From an uncultured Opitutia bacterium (GTDB lineage Bacteria; Verrucomicrobiota; Verrucomicrobiia; Opitutales; Puniceicoccaceae): a stretch of 64,000 bases of DNA. Under the pieces are notes generated by a model that was not told where the DNA came from, made no database searches, and worked only from the letters and a program-made list of their open reading frames with translations. Positions 63,439-64,000 of the stretch are shown here, in pieces. The stretch covers positions 23,189 through 87,188 of the forward strand of contig CAJXLM010000004.1 of the NCBI GenBank assembly GCA_913056175.1, written 5' to 3'. The first letter of the stretch is position 1. The number at the start of each line of letters is the position of its first letter. The position numbers and the translations under genes are program-made.

Positions 63439-63960
63439 GTGGCGCGCGCTAGGGCACATCTTCTGATCGACGGGTACAACCTGATCCACCAGCTTCCGGA
63501 ATTGGCGAGTCTGTTCGCCGAGAGCCGGGAATCGGCGGTGGACGCGTTGGTGCGGATGGCCCGGACGATCCACGATGGGGAGAACATCCGGGTAACGGTG
63601 GTCTTCGACGGCAGCTCACGCCACTTGCAGGTGGAGACTCCTTGTGGGCGGGACACTTTTTCCGTGGTGTATGCTCCCGCCCACCTGACCGCCGACGGGG
63701 TGCTGGAGCAAATGCTGGCCCGGAGCAGCCATCCGGAGCGCTTCACGGTGGCCAGTCGTGACAACATGATCCGGGAGGTGGCGGCCTCGCGCGGGGCCTT
63801 TCTGCTCAGCGGCGAGCAATTGTCCGCCTGGGTCGACCGCTGCGAGCGGGGCGTCCGGGACAAGCTCGGCAGCCGCCCGCAGGCGAGCTGGGGCAATCGA
63901 CTCGGCGCCGCTCTCGATGCGGCAGTCGTCCCGCCCGGGCCAACCGCACGGAAACGGTGA
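63439..63960 (+). CDS. NYN/YacP-like (PIN-related) predicted ribonuclease
   Basis: HLLIDGYNLIHQLPEL...VTVVFDG... matches the YacP/Rae1-type NYN domain pattern. GTG start. Confidence 0.7.
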   Translation: MARARAHLLIDGYNLIHQLPELASLFAESRESAVDALVRMARTIHDGENIRVTVVFDGSSRHLQVETPCGRDTFSVVYAPAHLTADGVLEQMLARSSHPERFTVASRDNMIREVAASRGAFLLSGEQLSAWVDRCERGVRDKLGSRPQASWGNRLGAALDAAVVPPGPTARKR

Positions 63961-64000
63961 GGGAACCGCCGCCGCGGGTGGAGGAATGGACCGGCCTCTA

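Noticed and set aside
1-64000. CRISPR arrays, IS elements/transposases, integrases, prophage genes, tRNA or rRNA genes.
   Set aside because: No regularly spaced direct repeats, transposase/integrase-like translations or tRNA-sized conserved structures were seen in the few intergenic gaps. The gaps over 100 nt are 811-951, 1301-1576, 6064-6298, 18626-19293 (occupied by rnpB), 30940-31074, 47583-47758, 54883-55032 and 60937-61052. The low-GC tract at 33920-36300 has no mobile-element hallmarks at its borders.

Overview
High-GC bacterial chromosomal segment, roughly high-60s % GC by eye. It is densely coding: about 58 CDS plus one RNase P RNA. I saw no rRNA, tRNA, CRISPR array, transposase or integrase. 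The taxon cannot be proven from sequence alone. It is a diderm (TolC, Wza/Wzc-type export, outer-membrane beta-barrel), and my low-confidence guess is a PVC/Verrucomicrobiota-like lineage.

Most content is housekeeping:
- Replication and repair: dnaN, DUF721/DciA-like, recA, ssb-like.
- Amino-acid synthesis: hisC.
- Carbohydrate metabolism: a PFK-family gene, malQ, zwf-opcA-pgl.
- Cell shape: mreBCD-mrdA.
- tRNA modification and translation: trmB, mnmG-mnmE, miaB, gmk, def.
- Signalling: a PhoB/PhoR-like two-component pair.
- Potassium uptake: trkAH.
- Polysaccharide export: a minimal module of beta-barrel, Wza-like and Wzc-like genes.

Most unusual items:
1. A tandem pair of large paralogs, each fusing a periplasmic solute-binding domain to a duplicated UPF0126/TRIC channel domain and a cytoplasmic helical domain. 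These are candidate ligand-gated channels or binding-domain-tethered transporters. The downstream copy has a visibly lower GC content than everything around it.
2. A single 1024-aa polypeptide fusing 2-oxoacid dehydrogenase E1-alpha, E1-beta, a lipoyl domain and the E2 acyltransferase core.
3. A photolyase/cryptochrome-like protein whose domain order looks circularly permuted.
4. A histone-deacetylase-family gene divergently paired with a degenerate SDR-like protein that carries a histone-H1-like Lys/Ala-rich tail.
5. A PFK-family protein in which most canonical catalytic and phosphate-binding motifs are replaced.
6. An orphan RelE/ParE-like gene directly upstream of a dnaN that is not preceded by dnaA.

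All functional calls rest on motif recognition by eye in the supplied translations. No database search was run.
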